Shown in pieces: positions 37,012-51,333 of a stretch of DNA of 64,000 nt. Below the pieces are notes generated by a model. The model was not told where the DNA came from. It did no database searches and worked only from the letters and a program-made list of their open reading frames with translations. Both the position numbers and the translations under genes were made by a program. How positions within the stretch are numbered: position 1 is the stretch's first letter; the number at the start of each line of letters is the position of its first letter. Source of the stretch: Eledone cirrhosa. Its lineage: Eukaryota. The DNA is taken from positions 81,902,001 to 81,966,000 of the forward strand of contig OZ024747.1 in the NCBI GenBank assembly GCA_964016885.1, read 5' to 3'.

Positions 37012-37244
37012 CATCATCATCATCATCATCATCATTTAACACCCATCTTCCCCGCTAGCATGGGTTAGATGGTTTTGTTCCATTTGATGCGGGAATGGTC
37101 GGGAGACCATGTCTCGTTCACACGGAAGTGTCTCTTGCAGATTTTTTACAGCTGGATGCCCTTCCTAACACCAACCACATTTACAGAGTGGACTGGGAGG
37201 CTTTTTACCGTGTCCCCTATATGGCCACCTTTCAGTGTGGACTG
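37012..37244 (-). mobile_element. RTE 3'UTR fragment
   Basis: (CAT)n, CTAGCATGGGTTAGATGG, CTGGATGCCCTTCCTAACACCAACCAC. Confidence 0.9.
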
Positions 37245-38045
37245 TATATATATATATATATTCATACACACACTATACATACACAAATACACACATACAT
37301 ATATATTTACATACAGAGTGTCCGCCAAAAATGTATACACATTTATTAGAATGCTGTTGAAGTATGTATACATGGGCCAACCTGTGTGTGTGTATATATA
37401 TATATTAAAATAACAGATTAAAGTTTAAGCAAAGAATCGCTGCTTTCACCCTTAACAGGATCTTCTGAAACTAAAAAAATCAATCTGTGAACGCAGAAGT
37501 AAATATTTCGAAAAACGTTGCAACCGAAGGAAAACAGGAAGACGATATTTCTACACACACCATACATGCAAATATATACACATACATATATATTTATACA
37601 CACAAGTATATATTTATACATGCAAACACACATATATATATTATTCACACCCACATCAATAAGTTGAAATAATGTCTTTAGAACAATGCTAGAATTTAAA
37701 ATAGAAATTAATATCTAAGTTCTAATGAATGTTGCTATTTTAAACACTTCCAATACCAACTAACCTGAAACCAGCTCTAGTTCTCTGATAAAACAGTCTA
37801 TTTTATATTGCTCATATCTAAATTTAAACTTTCCATCATAATTTTATGTAAGAACTTTGTAAACACCAACTTAATGAAAAAGATATTTCACTAGAGCCTT
37901 CTAAATTTTTTTATTATTTTCAAAGTTAATTGAAACATGGTCATGAAAGGGTTAATGGAATATTATGTGTAGCATACATTATCTTCCATATACTTCAATG
38001 ATACAACCATCATCATGTGCAATATTAGATGGCATTATTTTTTCC

Positions 38046-38238
38046 GGGTGGTGAATTGGCAGTATCGGTAGAGGGTCGGACGCTATGCTTTGACGCATAG
38101 AGTTACGGCCCTTGCCATTCTGAGTTCAAATCCCGCCGAGGTTAACTTTGCCTTTCATCCTTATGGGGTCGATAAAATAAAGTACCAGTAATGTACTGGG
38201 ATAATTGCTGGCCTTGTGCCAATAGTAGAAACAATTAT
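38046..38238 (+). mobile_element. SINE family 1, full length (left member of tandem pair)
   Basis: A/B boxes, central domain, tail; TSD ATTATTTTTTC. Confidence 0.95.
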
Positions 38239-38252
38239 TTTTTCATAAAGAA

Positions 38253-38445
38253 GGGTGGTGGATTGGCAGTATTGGTAGAGGGTTGGATTCCATACTTTGC
38301 AGCATGGAGTTACACCCCTTTATGATCTGAGTTCAAATCCTGCCGAAGTTAACTTTGCTTTTCATCCTTATGGGGTCGATAAAATAAAGTACCAGTAATG
38401 TACTGGGATATTTGCTGGCCTTGTGCCAAAAGTAGAAACAATTAT
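38253..38445 (+). mobile_element. SINE family 1, full length (right member of tandem pair)
   Basis: TSD ATTATTTTTTCATAAAGAA at 38234-38252 and 38441-38460. Confidence 0.95.
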
Positions 38446-39314
38446 TTTTTTCATAAAGAAAATATGACCAGGCACATCAAATAAGATTGTTTAGATTAAG
38501 ATAAACAATGAAAATCAAATTTGATAGCATTAAGATATATACAGTTAAAGCTCTTATGACTTTCCTGGAGGAATTTCTGTCATGATATGCTTTATACTGA
38601 TATGCTTTATAGAAGCCAAATGACAGAAGACTTATCAGCTCATCACATCTCTTACCCCATTTCTATGTAAATATATTATTGAATATACAGAGAAAACTCT
38701 ATCTAAATACGAAATATGAGCAAATTGTGGGTATGTACATTTGTGTAGTTGTATATAGGAATGCCTAAACATACCACTAGTGATAATAGCAGATGTAGAT
38801 CTTGTTTTGTTTTGTTTTTTGTTATGTTTCTTTTGATAGGTTTATACACACATACCAACACACACATTGACTCACATATGCTCAGATACACACATATATT
38901 CATATACATATACATTCGTTTACACAAAATACACATACTCTCTCTTACACACACACACAGACACAGTATATATCTATACACCTAAAGCATCCTTGCACAA
39001 CAAATTTCATATATGAGCAAAGAATATGCATACATTAAATGAAAGAATCTCTAAATATATCAACTGGAATTGCAGATATTATTTGTACAGATGCTAGATA
39101 AGCCACTAGCATACACTGGATGTTTAATCCACAATTACTTAACCAGTTTATTTCCCTGACATATTTTGATATTTCATAAATGAAAGAAAATTTTTGTAAA
39201 TGTTCATAATATTGCTTACATAGCACATGGAAGAATGTGGGCTATGAAAATGCATCCACTAGTTATTATATTATTACAATTAATTACTTTAGTCGCTATT
39301 CTCAAATATGTTTT

Positions 39315-39635
39315 GTTCCAGTGGAGGCACTCCATTGATTACGACGATGAATGTTCCAGTTGATCCAATCAATGGAACAGCCTGCTCATGAAATTAACAT
39401 GCCAGTGGTTGAGCATTCCACAGTCATGCATACACTTAATGTAGTTCTCAGTGTGACACAGAATGTGACAAGGCTAGCCATTTGAACAATAGGTACAACT
39501 CATTTTTGCCAGCTGAATGGACTGGAGCAATGTGAAATAAAGTGTCTTGCTGAAGGACACAACACGTCGCCGCAAATCGAACTCACAACCATACGATTGC
39601 AAGCCAAATACCCTCACTACAAAGCCATGTGCCTT
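39315..39635 (-). mobile_element. tRNA-derived CORE-type SINE (family 2b), near full length
   Basis: Minus-strand head AGGCACATGGCTTTGTAGTGAGG...GAGTTCGATTT, then CAGCAAGACACTTTATTTCACATTGCTCCAGTCCATTCAGCTGG. Confidence 0.8.
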
Positions 39636-39667
39636 TATTTGAAAATGTACACATATTTGGTCTCATG

Positions 39668-39868
39668 TAGGCTGGCAGAGTGTTAGATATAATGCAGTAT
39701 TTGTCCTGGCTCTTTACATTCTCTGTTCAATCCTATCAAGGTCAACTTTGACTTCTATCATTCTAGGATTGATAAAATATAGAACCAGGCAAGGCTGGAG
39801 TTAATTTAATCAACATTACCCTTCCCAAAAGTGTGCTGGACTTGTACCTAACTTAGGAATCAATATTG
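39668..39868 (+). mobile_element. Old SINE family 1 relative
   Basis: Degenerate GTTCAATCC...GGTCAACTTTGAC...GATAAAAT...CTTGTACCTAA. Confidence 0.55.
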
Positions 39869-40950
39869 GTAAAATAGACAACATGGATTCATAAAGACTC
39901 AGACTCACAATATGACTGATTCAATAAAATCTAACTAAATCATAAACAGGTTCACATTCATTTCAAATGAAGAAGCAAACACTTGAATTCAAAAGTATAA
40001 AAATTCTGAAAAGTTTAGTGAAAAATAATTTTTAAAAAAATGCAAAATTATTTTAATTTTATGATGTCCAAAATGAAACTGTTTCATATCAAAGGACTAA
40101 CAGAACTCCATCCAGCTTAGTGAAGTTTCAACTGAACATTAAAGTTAAATTTATAAATAAAGTGAACATGATTTATAAAATTCCCTTCCCGTTCAGAATA
40201 TGTTTTGTAATTCACAATTCATTATGAATTTCAATGAAAACGATTAATTTTCAATGAATATTATTTAAATCAGTATGTGAAAAAGCATGGACATCTCAAT
40301 TTCTATTTTATCTTCTTTGGTAGTTTCCATAAAATTCTAAAGGTTTTGTGTCTAAATAAAGAAACAATTACTATAAGCAGTTTTAACAAATGAAAAACCT
40401 ATTGATTCATTTCATAATTCAATCTCTTAACCTTTCAGCCTTCTCTCCATCTTCAGAAATGTATACAGATTCAATAACTGACCACCCAAATAGTTCTATG
40501 TCCTGCTCCATTATGGTTTGGCTTGCTTTTGTTTTTCCACCACAGTGACTACTGGTAACACTGGAGCCAGTTGTAGCATCATCAAAACATAATGGCATTT
40601 AATCAAACCTGTGTGCCAGCATAAGACAATGGGTTTGCCAGTGTTCATTGGGAGAGGCTGTCACTCTCAAATTACACCAGAATGGATACTTTCATTCTTC
40701 GTTTTCTTCTCTACAGGAGAGCATGAAGGGATAGAGAAAAGGAGAGAAATAGGATGGGTGTTTAAACTAAATCATTTATCATCATGTCTGAGATGGTGCT
40801 GGCAGGCTTTAAAGATTAATAAATGCATGATGTGCACACACACACATACATATATATACATATATGTATATATACATACATATATACATACATACAGATA
40901 TACATACATACATATAAATATATATATATAACCCATGCTACCGTGGAAGA

Positions 40951-41011
<61 letters not shown>

Positions 41012-41014
<3 letters not shown>

Positions 41015-41088
41015 GGTGTTCCAAAAAAATGTATACAAACATATTAGAATGCTGTTGAAGTGTGTATACGTTTTGGGGGGACACCTTG
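41012..41088. mobile_element. 77-bp mariner-type MITE in (TA)n
   Basis: TA-GAGGGTGTTCCAAAAAAATGTATAC...GTATACGTTTTGGGGGGACACCTTG-TA. Confidence 0.75.
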
Positions 41089-41097
41089 TATGTATGC

Positions 41098-41157
<60 letters not shown>

Positions 41158-42082
41158 ATTTGCGTATTAATGTATCAGAGAGAATGTGAGAGATTGCTAA
41201 ATACTTAACAATACAGGCTACAGTAGGTGCTTAGATATTACAATCACTTCTTTATCTTTCCTCATTAAATTGATCTTTCAGCCATTCAATATATTTCATT
41301 GAATCTTTTATCTATTTATTGTCTCATTTATTTAGTCCTTCCTTCATCACTTCAATATATTTTACTTAAACATTCTATTATTCATTGTCATCTGCCTTCA
41401 ATATTCATTCTGATATCCATTCAGTGATTTCTTTATTCATTTCACCTTTCATTATTCATTACTTCAATTTCCTTACATATACCAGAAATTTACTAACACA
41501 AAATTTCAATTCAATTTATGCAATATCTATTTATATGACTACCAGCACTTCGATAAAAATAAAAATTTGACTCAATCATCCTGAAAAACAGCAAAACAAT
41601 AGGTATGTGTTCCAGTTTACTTTTTAAACATTAATAAACAGATTTGCATTTTTACAATTAATGGAAACTTCAAACCTATAAATATTTTGATATTCAACTC
41701 AACTTAACATCCATATCATAAACAAGAAAGTTTACCAGCTGGTTTTCAAATGCCACCATTTTAAAACAAATTACCACAAGCTTTGGTGCAGAGACCCAAG
41801 AATAATCCATAAAGACAAAATATAGAATGTTTGTTTGATGTCCCTCTGGAATAAAACATGAAAGGAGATGGATAAAGACTGAAAGTTCTAATGGAGTGGA
41901 AAAGAAGAAGTAACAGACATTTGAAGAGTATAGAAATGTAATTTTGTGACATAAAATTTTTTTCTTTTATGTACAATATCTTTCTCTGTCTCTCTCTCAT
42001 ATGAACACACACACACAGAGTTAAATTGTGTCAGTGAACGTGTTTCAAAGAGTGCAATGAAAATTTTGACACCAAGAAATAA

Positions 42083-42272
42083 ATAATTGTTTCTACTTTA
42101 GGCACAAGGCCAGCAATTACCCAGCGCATTACTGGTACATTATTTTATCGACCCCGTAAGGGTGAAAGGCAAAGTCAACCTCGGCAGGATTTGAACTCAG
42201 ATTGTAAAGGGACGTAACTATGCTGGAAAGCATGGAGTCCGACCCTCTACCGATACTGCCAATCCACCACCC
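42083..42272 (-). mobile_element. SINE family 1 with 16-bp TSD
   Basis: TSD CCAAGAAATAAATAAT at 42072-42087 and 42280-42295. Confidence 0.94.
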
Positions 42273-43524
42273 AATCCACCCAAGAAATAAATAATAAATG
42301 TAATATAAATGCAGCAGTTTTTGTGAGTGTAGGTATTTTGTTTTGTTGTTTTTTATGACTTAAAATGATTCTTCTCTGATGTGACTACAAATTGACATTG
42401 AAATCTTAACCATTACTTATCCTTTCTCTTTCAATGATACATTAGACTATGTCATCATCTACGTAGTATTTTATTTTATCTAAATAACATTAACTAGTAG
42501 TGTTTTTAAAAAATACCAAACTAAAGGTAAATCTCAAATATACATATGCAGTAGAATTTATTATAAACAAATCATTATTTTCTTATGAAACCTCATAAGA
42601 GAAATGTGAAATGTGAAATCTCAATAATTATTGCTTCAAACACCTTTGATGACCACTATTTCATGCTTATATTTCAATCTTTTCAAACTATATTTTCAAT
42701 GAGAAAGTTAGAAAAATGGATGAATAATTACAAGAATGAAACATAAAAGATCAATGATACAATTTGTTGTATTAATATTTGCTTTTTTCATAGTCATATA
42801 TTTTGTTCTATTAGAAACAGAGTTGCTGTTTGCACACACGTTAAACCTCGCCAGTAAATTACATTTATACTATATTAATATTTTAGCTTAATACATATAG
42901 TAATAATGGTTTCTTAATAAAGCATGAACTTTTAAAATCATGAGAAAAGGCATAAACGTAAAACTATAGTGTTTGTCTCTTTCCCAAAGGCCCATTATGG
43001 CAACTGAAGCCAGCCATTCAAATTATGTGCTGTTTTTTATAACTTGTAATCAATATAGAAAAGCAAATTTAATTTTCATGGAACAATAATAATGTCAATA
43101 TATTTCAGCAGTTAACAGAATAGTATATAGAGTAGAAGAGGGGGAAGATGTTGGGCTTCACAATGAACACAGAAGAATTTATACTAAATATGACAACATT
43201 TGTGTCAATATCCTAAAGGTATATCATACATGTAATCACAGCCTTTACAATAATACCACACAGCTATTACTATGGCATCAAATATAACAGACATTGTACA
43301 CAGTCATCACTTTAGCACAACACACAGCCTTTGGTAAGACAACACACAATAAATACTAGGACACAACACACAAGAATTAATATGACATTACACACAAGCA
43401 TCACTATGACAAGACACGTAATCATCTCTATGACATCATACACAGTCATAATGCAGCCATGATTATGACATCCCACACTACCACAATTATGATACCACAC
43501 AGGCGAAATGATCGTGCCATGATT

Positions 43525-43682
43525 AGATGGATCTGTGGCACCAAATTGAAAGACAGAGACCCCTTTGACTGTGCTCCACCAGAAGGTGGATGTGGATGAG
43601 ATCACTGCTGTCCTTCACACACAACATCTCCATTGGTACGGACATGTACAGCGAGCCACGTCATACATCAACTCCATTACTG
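43525..43682 (+). pseudogene. Fragment of a divergent RTE-type ORF C-terminus
   Basis: WICGTKLKDR...DEITAVLHTQHLHWYGHVQRA. Confidence 0.65.
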
Positions 43683-44405
43683 GTTCACTACGTCATGTAC
43701 AGATGTGCCACAACTGACTGCCTCGTTCCCATCCATACACAAACACCATAATGATATTATACATATATAATTAGAAATCTGACAACACATTAAAAAATAT
43801 GAAAATATGAACTTGTTTTAGCTTCTATGAGCATGAATATTTATTTACAATATATCTATCACTAACATTTTTTTCTAAATTAGTTTATAAAATGAAAATC
43901 ATATTAAATAGTCAAGCCAATAAGGTATCAATCATTTGGATAAAGTGTTTTGGTGATTCACTAAATCTATATGTTTTACTTGTCTGGCAACATACCAGGT
44001 AAGACTAGGAAGAAGAATTTTACCTATTAACTTATAGGAGGTTCAGGTGTTTACATATCTGACTTGAAACCTTTTCATACAAGAATATTTTGTTATAAAT
44101 ATTTCTCCCGCTTATGCTTTACATTAACATGCATCACAATAATATCAAAGAATAACTTGATCTGTGTAATCTATTCTAACAACCTTTAGTTTTAATTTCT
44201 TCACAAACATGTCAAATGACAGCAACCATTAATTTTAGCCCCTTCCTGTCAGTCTGCCTTCAACATACTTAATCTTCTCAAACAATCCTTGTAAAAATAA
44301 GCCATGATTTAAGAGAGATGCAAAAAAAAAATGTCTTACTGAATCAAAATTTCTTTAAATCTCCTATGGTTTTATCACCATTAAGCCAGTAAGAATCACA
44401 CTCAC

Positions 44406-44457
44406 CCTATTAGCAACAACAACAACAATATCATTCGATGTTACTGACTGGTTTTTC
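44406..44457 (-). other. Candidate 52-nt exon
   Basis: AATTTTCTTCCACAG acceptor, AGG|GTGAGT donor; one open frame (KNQSVTSNDIVVVVANR). Confidence 0.35.
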
Positions 44458-44615
44458 CTGTGGAAGAAAATTTATTTATTTTACCATCCATAAATAAATT
44501 GGAAGATCTTATCGCAACCAGATATATCACATAAATTGTTGAAATTTATAGTAAACTCTGCATGCTTACTTAAGGAATCTTAACTCTTTTACGTAAAATA
44601 AAAATAAACTGGCGC

Positions 44616-44650
<35 letters not shown>

Positions 44651-46198
44651 ATCTTTTTAAAAAAGCAGTTCTACAATGTCATGATCTAGTATGTAGGATG
44701 GGGAAGTTATGAGTTGTAAAAATACACAAAAAGGAGGAAAAAAGGTATGTAATCTTAGAAAGCAAAATCAAGACTGGCATTTACCAAACCCAAAGATTTT
44801 TTGTTAACGGTTGATAGGAATGTGAACTTTATATATGCATGTATGTGATTTTTGCGTGTTCCGAAATTAACTACCATACATATGCATAAACTAGCTTATT
44901 AATGAAATAAGACAACTTTCTGACTTATCATACCTCAATCTCTAAATCACCATGACAACCAAAGAAATATAGAGTGTGTATATATATGTGTGTGTATGTG
45001 TATGTATGAAATATGAAACTAAAACTGAAGAGTTAAAGTGATTCCATTGACACTGCGCACTATGATAGGGGAAGATAAAATAAAAACTAGGAGTGAAGGA
45101 GAGTAATTGAGAGTAAACACAAACGTAATGAGATAACAGAAAATGAAAAAATAAAGAAGTCAACAGAAAAAATGGGAGAAAAGAAGAGAAGAGAAAGAGA
45201 GAAGAAAAAAAGAAGCTGATCAAAGAAAACGAGAAGGCTAAAAGAGAGAAGAGTGATAAAAGGGATTGAGGAAAAGGAAGAAAAACAGAAAAAAGGAAAA
45301 TGAAAGAGAAAAGAAGGAAAATAGAAAGCAAAGAAGAAGGGAAAGGAAATATTGAAAAAAAGTCAGATTTCTTTTATACAGATTAATTGGAGAAGGTATG
45401 GTAGTGTCTTTCCCAAACTATCTTGTTTAAACAGTTAATGGCAAGTTTGTTCTGTTGTCACTCCTGGCAGGAGTAAATATAAGTGTGCAAAGCTGTTCCA
45501 AAAATAAATGGTTTTAAGAAATATTTAGAGATAGATACACAGTAAGTCCAGCAGCTGGAGTAAATGTAGTTGATACAAGTAAAGAAATATTTTATAATAG
45601 TATGAACATGCACTTTCTAGTAGCATTTCAAGGCTATTTTCCATCTTTTATCAACTAGCATTTTAAAATCCGGAGTTAGCTTTGCATGCCCCATGACAGA
45701 CTTCATATTGATAATGAGGTCTTTTTTGAGACAATATTTTACTGACAACCTGGTACCATCCGTTTTAGTCAAATTCTATAACATTCAATGATACAGGGTA
45801 CCTATTCTAAACCAGATATGTACAGTAAGGTAAAGGTAATAAGAAAATATAAATGGTATGTATGAAAAAAAGGGAAGTAAGGTGCATAAGAGAAAAAGGA
45901 AGGGTGTCTGGAAATAAAATGAGGATGTGATAGAGTAAAGGAGAAGTGCATGCAAAAAAATAAAGAATATACAGATATGATGTAAATATATGTCATGTAG
46001 AACTTTAAAGCAACACATTGGAAGAGTTGTTAAAGCTTTGAATTAAATGTCTTGGTATTTGATCTAACTCTGTGCTCTGAATTCAAACCTGCTTTGTGTT
46101 TCATCCTTTCATAGTTACTATATAAATTACTAGTCTAAGGATGGCAGATTAGCAGAATTCATAAAGTGTCGGACAAGATGCTTTGCAGTATCTCTTCT

Positions 46199-46200
<2 letters not shown>

Positions 46201-46274
<74 letters not shown>

Positions 46275-46326
46275 TAGCTATCTCTCCATCTAGCTATCTC
46301 TCCATCTATCTATCTATCTATCTATC
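46201..46326. repeat. (TC)n followed by (TATC)n microsatellite
   Basis: Directly visible. Confidence 0.95.
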
Positions 46327-47164
46327 TTAAATTTCACTCAAAAGGCATTGGTCACCATAAAGCTATAGTAAAAGACACATGCCTAAGGTGCTATGCAGTG
46401 GAACTAAACCAGAAGCCACATGGTTATGAAGCAACCGTGTCTACACTTAATGTTTACTTCTGTTTTATGTTTGATTGGAATGAATATGAGACATGGAATC
46501 TTCAATGATTTCAATGGTATTAATAATGTATTGGTGCTGTATGGTTGTTAACAGACTTGGAGTCTATCGTTTGTACCTGTAGCACATTTCAGTGCCTTTT
46601 GAACTTCAATTATTTTGTTTTGTGTTATGTAAGTAGTGAATAAATGTAGTTATGTATTCAGCTTGAATTTTTCCACAACACATTGTCTTCAATGGCTTTA
46701 TTATAGTTTGTTGCAGGCTCATTAGAGGAATTATATGACTAGTGCAGTCTATAATGAAATTGATAGAATCTATGACTTTGGATTGTCTCTATTTTGGTCA
46801 AATGATAATAGTTTGCACAGACTTTATCCAAATTTGCACCATAGTTTTTATATGTTTTGTGAAAATAATGTTGATAATTTCCAGCTCATTAAAGGTTAGA
46901 GGTTAATATGTTCACAAACTGCAATAACCTAATGGGGTTAGTACTTAACTTTAGTCTTTGTTGAGTTAAGTATATGAGAGATCAATCCCACTCACAATAT
47001 ACCACTAGTCTATCATCTCAGTTATTATGTGTAGGAAACAAAACCAAAGATTGATAAGGAAGCAGAAAACTAATGACCAGGTAGATAAAAATGTGATGAT
47101 GTGTTTACAATCAGTGTCCATTACTGTTACTATTATTCGCCATGCAATGTATTGTCTCTTGTTT

Positions 47165-47735
47165 GATAGTGTCATTGCCAGTATCAGTAGAGCATCGGAC
47201 ACCATGCTTTGTACCATAGAGTTACGGCCCTTTACGTTCTGGGTTCAAATCCTGCTGAGGTTCACTTTGCCTTTCATCCTTATGGGGTCGATGAAATAAA
47301 GTACCAGTAATGCACTGGGCTTGATTTAACCAACTTCCCCCCCCAAAAAAAAAAAATTGCTGGCCTTGTTCCTAAACCCCAAACCATTATTATATGTTGC
47401 AGTGAATTGGTAGAGTCATTAAGACATTGGAAAGAATTCTTTTATGGTATTCAAATCCCTTTGAACTCAAATTTGCCTTTCATCTTTTCGAAGTCAATAA
47501 AAAATAACAGTCCAGTACTAAGGTCAACTCTTCCCTCTTTCTCTCTCTCTGAAAAAATACCTAAAGGTTCTAACTTTTTATATTTTGAATTCAAATCCTA
47601 TGAATGTCAACTTTGCTTTTCATCCTTCTAGTGTTGATAAAATCAAGTAACAGTCAAGAACAGGGTTCTATTTAAATAACTAACTGTTCTCCCACTCTGA
47701 ATTCCTGGTCTTGTGACTATGTTAGAACCGATTAT
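47165..47735 (+). mobile_element. Cluster of three head-to-tail SINE family 1/relative copies (47165-47393 best preserved)
   Basis: Three TTCAAATCC...TTTGC(C/T)TTTCATC blocks at about 47243, 47449 and 47590. Confidence 0.8.
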
Positions 47736-50383
47736 TACATTAATTATCAGTGTTGTTGATGTACTCAAATATTGTATTTTCTATATATGATCTTCCTGCT
47801 TTGTATTATTTTGCTTTTTTTGTCATTTTTGCTATTCATGTTGCTGCTGCTACTAATTTTGAAAATGTTATTGTTAGTGGTGTTATTGTTGTTATTCCTG
47901 CTCTCATATAACTGTTTACATTATAATTTCTGTGGATATGATTGCGAAAATTGTTTTCATTAACATTTTGTTTATTATTTTTGAGGTTATAACTACTAAT
48001 TTTTCATCATCATTGCCTATATTGTTTGTATCTTTACTGTTATTACTATTGTTGTTGTTGTTGCTGATGTTATTATTGGTGTAATTTGTTAATAGTTTTT
48101 GAATTGCTATTCTCCCCAGTAATGACATTTGTTATTTAGAATTATCAAAATGATGGTTTTGGTAGTAAAGAATGAATAATGATAGTATGTTTAGATATGA
48201 CACTTTCCTATGTTTCTATATAATAGTACTGCTACTATGTCATGATGTTCTAACATCCTTTCATTGTATCACAAACAACTATCATGAAACTACCAAAATT
48301 ATTCCATGACTACCAGTACCATATTCATACTGTTTTACATTACATCACTCGGAATTCATCACCATATTCATTTTTTTCTTCTGCTCAGACAAGTCTACAA
48401 GCATGCTTGATTGCTTGAGAAGATGAAGTGATATGATTTTCCACAAGAATAATGATTTCTTTTTTATTACAAATATATTAAACCAATGGATTTACATTAT
48501 CATTATATGTGTGTGTGCATAGATAGAGATAGAGAGGGGGGCAGAGAGACTAACAGACAGAAATTTCTCATGCATATAAATACAAATATGTATATAACAA
48601 TTATGTCTGTATTTCAGTGAATTTGTATGTGTATGTATAGGGTGATTTTGATAGACATGTATATATGTGAGTGCATAGGTGTATAAACAAATATATCCAT
48701 AAACTTAAATAGAGGAAGCATATGTAGACATCTCTCACAAATTAACTGTAACATTTCTAACGTGTTTATTGCCAACATCAACAATACAAGCAATATATTA
48801 TCATTTCATCATTACTTATTTATATAATGTATCTATATTTTTATTCCCTCTTTATATCAAGCTTTGTGGCACCTCAAATGATTGTTTGCCAAAATAAAGA
48901 GCAAATAAAAAATGAGAAATTGTTTCTCCATCAATTTTTATATTTGAAAAGTATCTTTGTTTTAAAGTAATTTCAAAGGCCAATATGAACTTCCATTTGC
49001 TTTATATACTTTCATAGTTTTTTTTTATTATTATTTTATATTTCTTAGTTAACACTTTACTTAAACATGTTGTATGTAAATATATATTTTTATAAGAATT
49101 TTTATATGTCAACACTTAAATATGCAAATGTTGAAGTATGTGAATGTTTCAATGTAACATTGTTTAAGTATGTGTATCTTCCTCAATTTCTGAGAACATT
49201 ATCTTATTGAAAGTCTTTGAATATTTGAGTAAATGTAGATAATTCTGTAAATGCATAGATATTGTATATAATTGAATGGCTGGTTGTGTTTGTATGTTTT
49301 TGTATTTGTATATACTTTAATAATGTATCTTTGTGTTGTTTAGTAAATGCATATGTATTTTTTCTTTAATTCAGAATTGTTTGGTTTAATTTGGGAATTA
49401 TTTTGTCATTTTGCATAGGTGTTTATGTATTTTTGTTATTTTCTTTAGGGTTAATTTTTTAATGTGTGGTAGTATACTTATCTGCTTATCTCTCTGTGAA
49501 ACCTTTGAGAATTGATTGCAATGTTGTGCATGTATGTGTATACAACTGTGACTAAATGTATATAATTATGTGTAGGTGTATTCATTGTGTAGATTGGATG
49601 AATATATACTTCAATTTTTAAAAACTATTTTTTAACATATTTAAAACAAGATAAGATTTATTTTCTCATATATTTACCTATTTCTTTTAATATTTTGCAT
49701 GATGTCTATAAGATGCTAATTTCAACTTTTTCTTGAAATTGAGAATTTGTAATTATTTTTCATATGAAAAGTTCATAAAATGATATTGCCACGTTACTTA
49801 GGTGACCTAATTTGTAATGGAATTGAGTGATCTAATGTAAATTAACCAGAGTAAGAAAAGAGTTGAAGAAGTTTAGAAAGATAATACCTCTGCATCCAAA
49901 CAAAGGCATTTCTCTCTAAGTGAAAGGCAATGTATGATGTTGATGTACGGGGTGTGACATTGCATGGTGGCTAAACAAGAATATTGAATACAAGAGATTA
50001 TGAAGAATGACGAAAATGAGACAAGAATGCTCAGCTGAATATAAAATGTTAATAGTCTTGAATAATGGCATCCAAATAAAAAGATCTTAGTATACAAGGA
50101 TCAAATGTAATATGCAGGAGAGTAGACTGCAGTAGTATGGGCATGTGATACATATGGAGATTGATAGCTGATTAAAGAAGTATCAACAGGAACGAACCTG
50201 CAGAAATGGAGAACAAAAATCAACTTAGGAAGTAGTGAAGTCAGATTTCAAAACAATAATCCTCATGAAGAAAGGGGCGTAGGAGAAGTAATGAGATTCT
50301 GTAGCAGAGAAGACCAATCAAACCCATGCATTATAAAAAACAAACAAACATAATGATACACATACACACACATATATATATCT

Positions 50384-50632
50384 TCATCATCATCATCATT
50401 TAACAGCCATTTACTCCACTAGCATGGGTAAGACGGGCTGTCCCTTTGTGAGAGATCAGGACAGAGGACAGCGTTTCACTCACACAGAACTGATTTTGAC
50501 TTGGCTTCTATGGCAGGATGCCCTTCCTAATGCCAACCACATTTGCAGTGTGTACTGATGACTCCTGCACAACCACTTTACGGTGTGGGCTGGGTGCTTT
50601 TTGTCATCACACCTACATAACCACTTTACACA
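50384..50632 (-). mobile_element. RTE 3'UTR fragment
   Basis: (CAT)n, CTAGCATGGGT, GGATGCCCTTCCTAATGCCAACCAC and the ~48-bp units. Confidence 0.85.
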
Positions 50633-50789
50633 GTCTAACATATTTACATGTATTTTAGCAGTACTATTACCAGATAATATGTACATATATTAATAGAAAC
50701 ATTAAGTTGGAATTGAACTTGCATCTCATATTCAATATCTAATTATATTACTTTTATTATATCAGTCTTTCACCAATTTTCACGTTAAT

Positions 50790-51333
50790 GAGTGCAGGGC
50801 GATCAAAATAGATGGAAGCTACGGAGTAGGCAGACCCAGAAAAACTTGGGGCGATTTGATAAATTCCGACCTTACACACACCTCTCCAAGACAATGTCAC
50901 TGGACCGAGATCTTTGGCGCTATGCAGTAATACAGAAGACCTGCCTTGCCTAAGTACAAAGCGAAACCTAGTCAGTAGGCACCTCCTAACCAAAAATACA
51001 CCCCCATCCAACTACCCCCACCCCCATCTACACCACCCCTTTCTCTGTAAATTATGTTGGTGCCACAACATCCAGTCCTAAATAAATGAGGTCGGGTAGG
51101 TGTCATGACAAAAAAACACACAGTCCACGCTGTAATGTGGCCATGTAGGTAACACGGTAAAAACCTCCCAGTCCACACTGTAAACGTGGTTGGTGTTAGG
51201 GAGGGCATCCAGCCATATAAAACCCGCCAGACAGTCCTATACGAGCAAGACAAACAATCTTGCCTCATGTGGGACAATTCCAGTCTAAACCCATGCTAGC
51301 GTGGAACATAGACGTTAAACAATGATGATGATG
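50790..51333 (+). mobile_element. RTE subfamily B-like 3' end (ORF C-terminus + 3'UTR)
   Basis: CRAIKIDGSYGVGRPRKTWGDLINSD; aligns to the reverse complement of 32316-32870. Confidence 0.92.

Noticed and set aside
38046-38140. tRNA genes at SINE heads
   Set aside because: A/B boxes are present but there is no complete cloverleaf, and they continue into SINE body and tail.
40609-40710. Minus-strand exon after a strong pyrimidine tract
   Set aside because: Stops in all three frames and a weak GTTTGA donor; the tract is explained by GA-rich low complexity.
44942-45331. 129-aa hydrophobic Phe/Leu/Ser ORF resembling a membrane protein
   Set aside because: Reverse translation of a purine-rich low-complexity tract.
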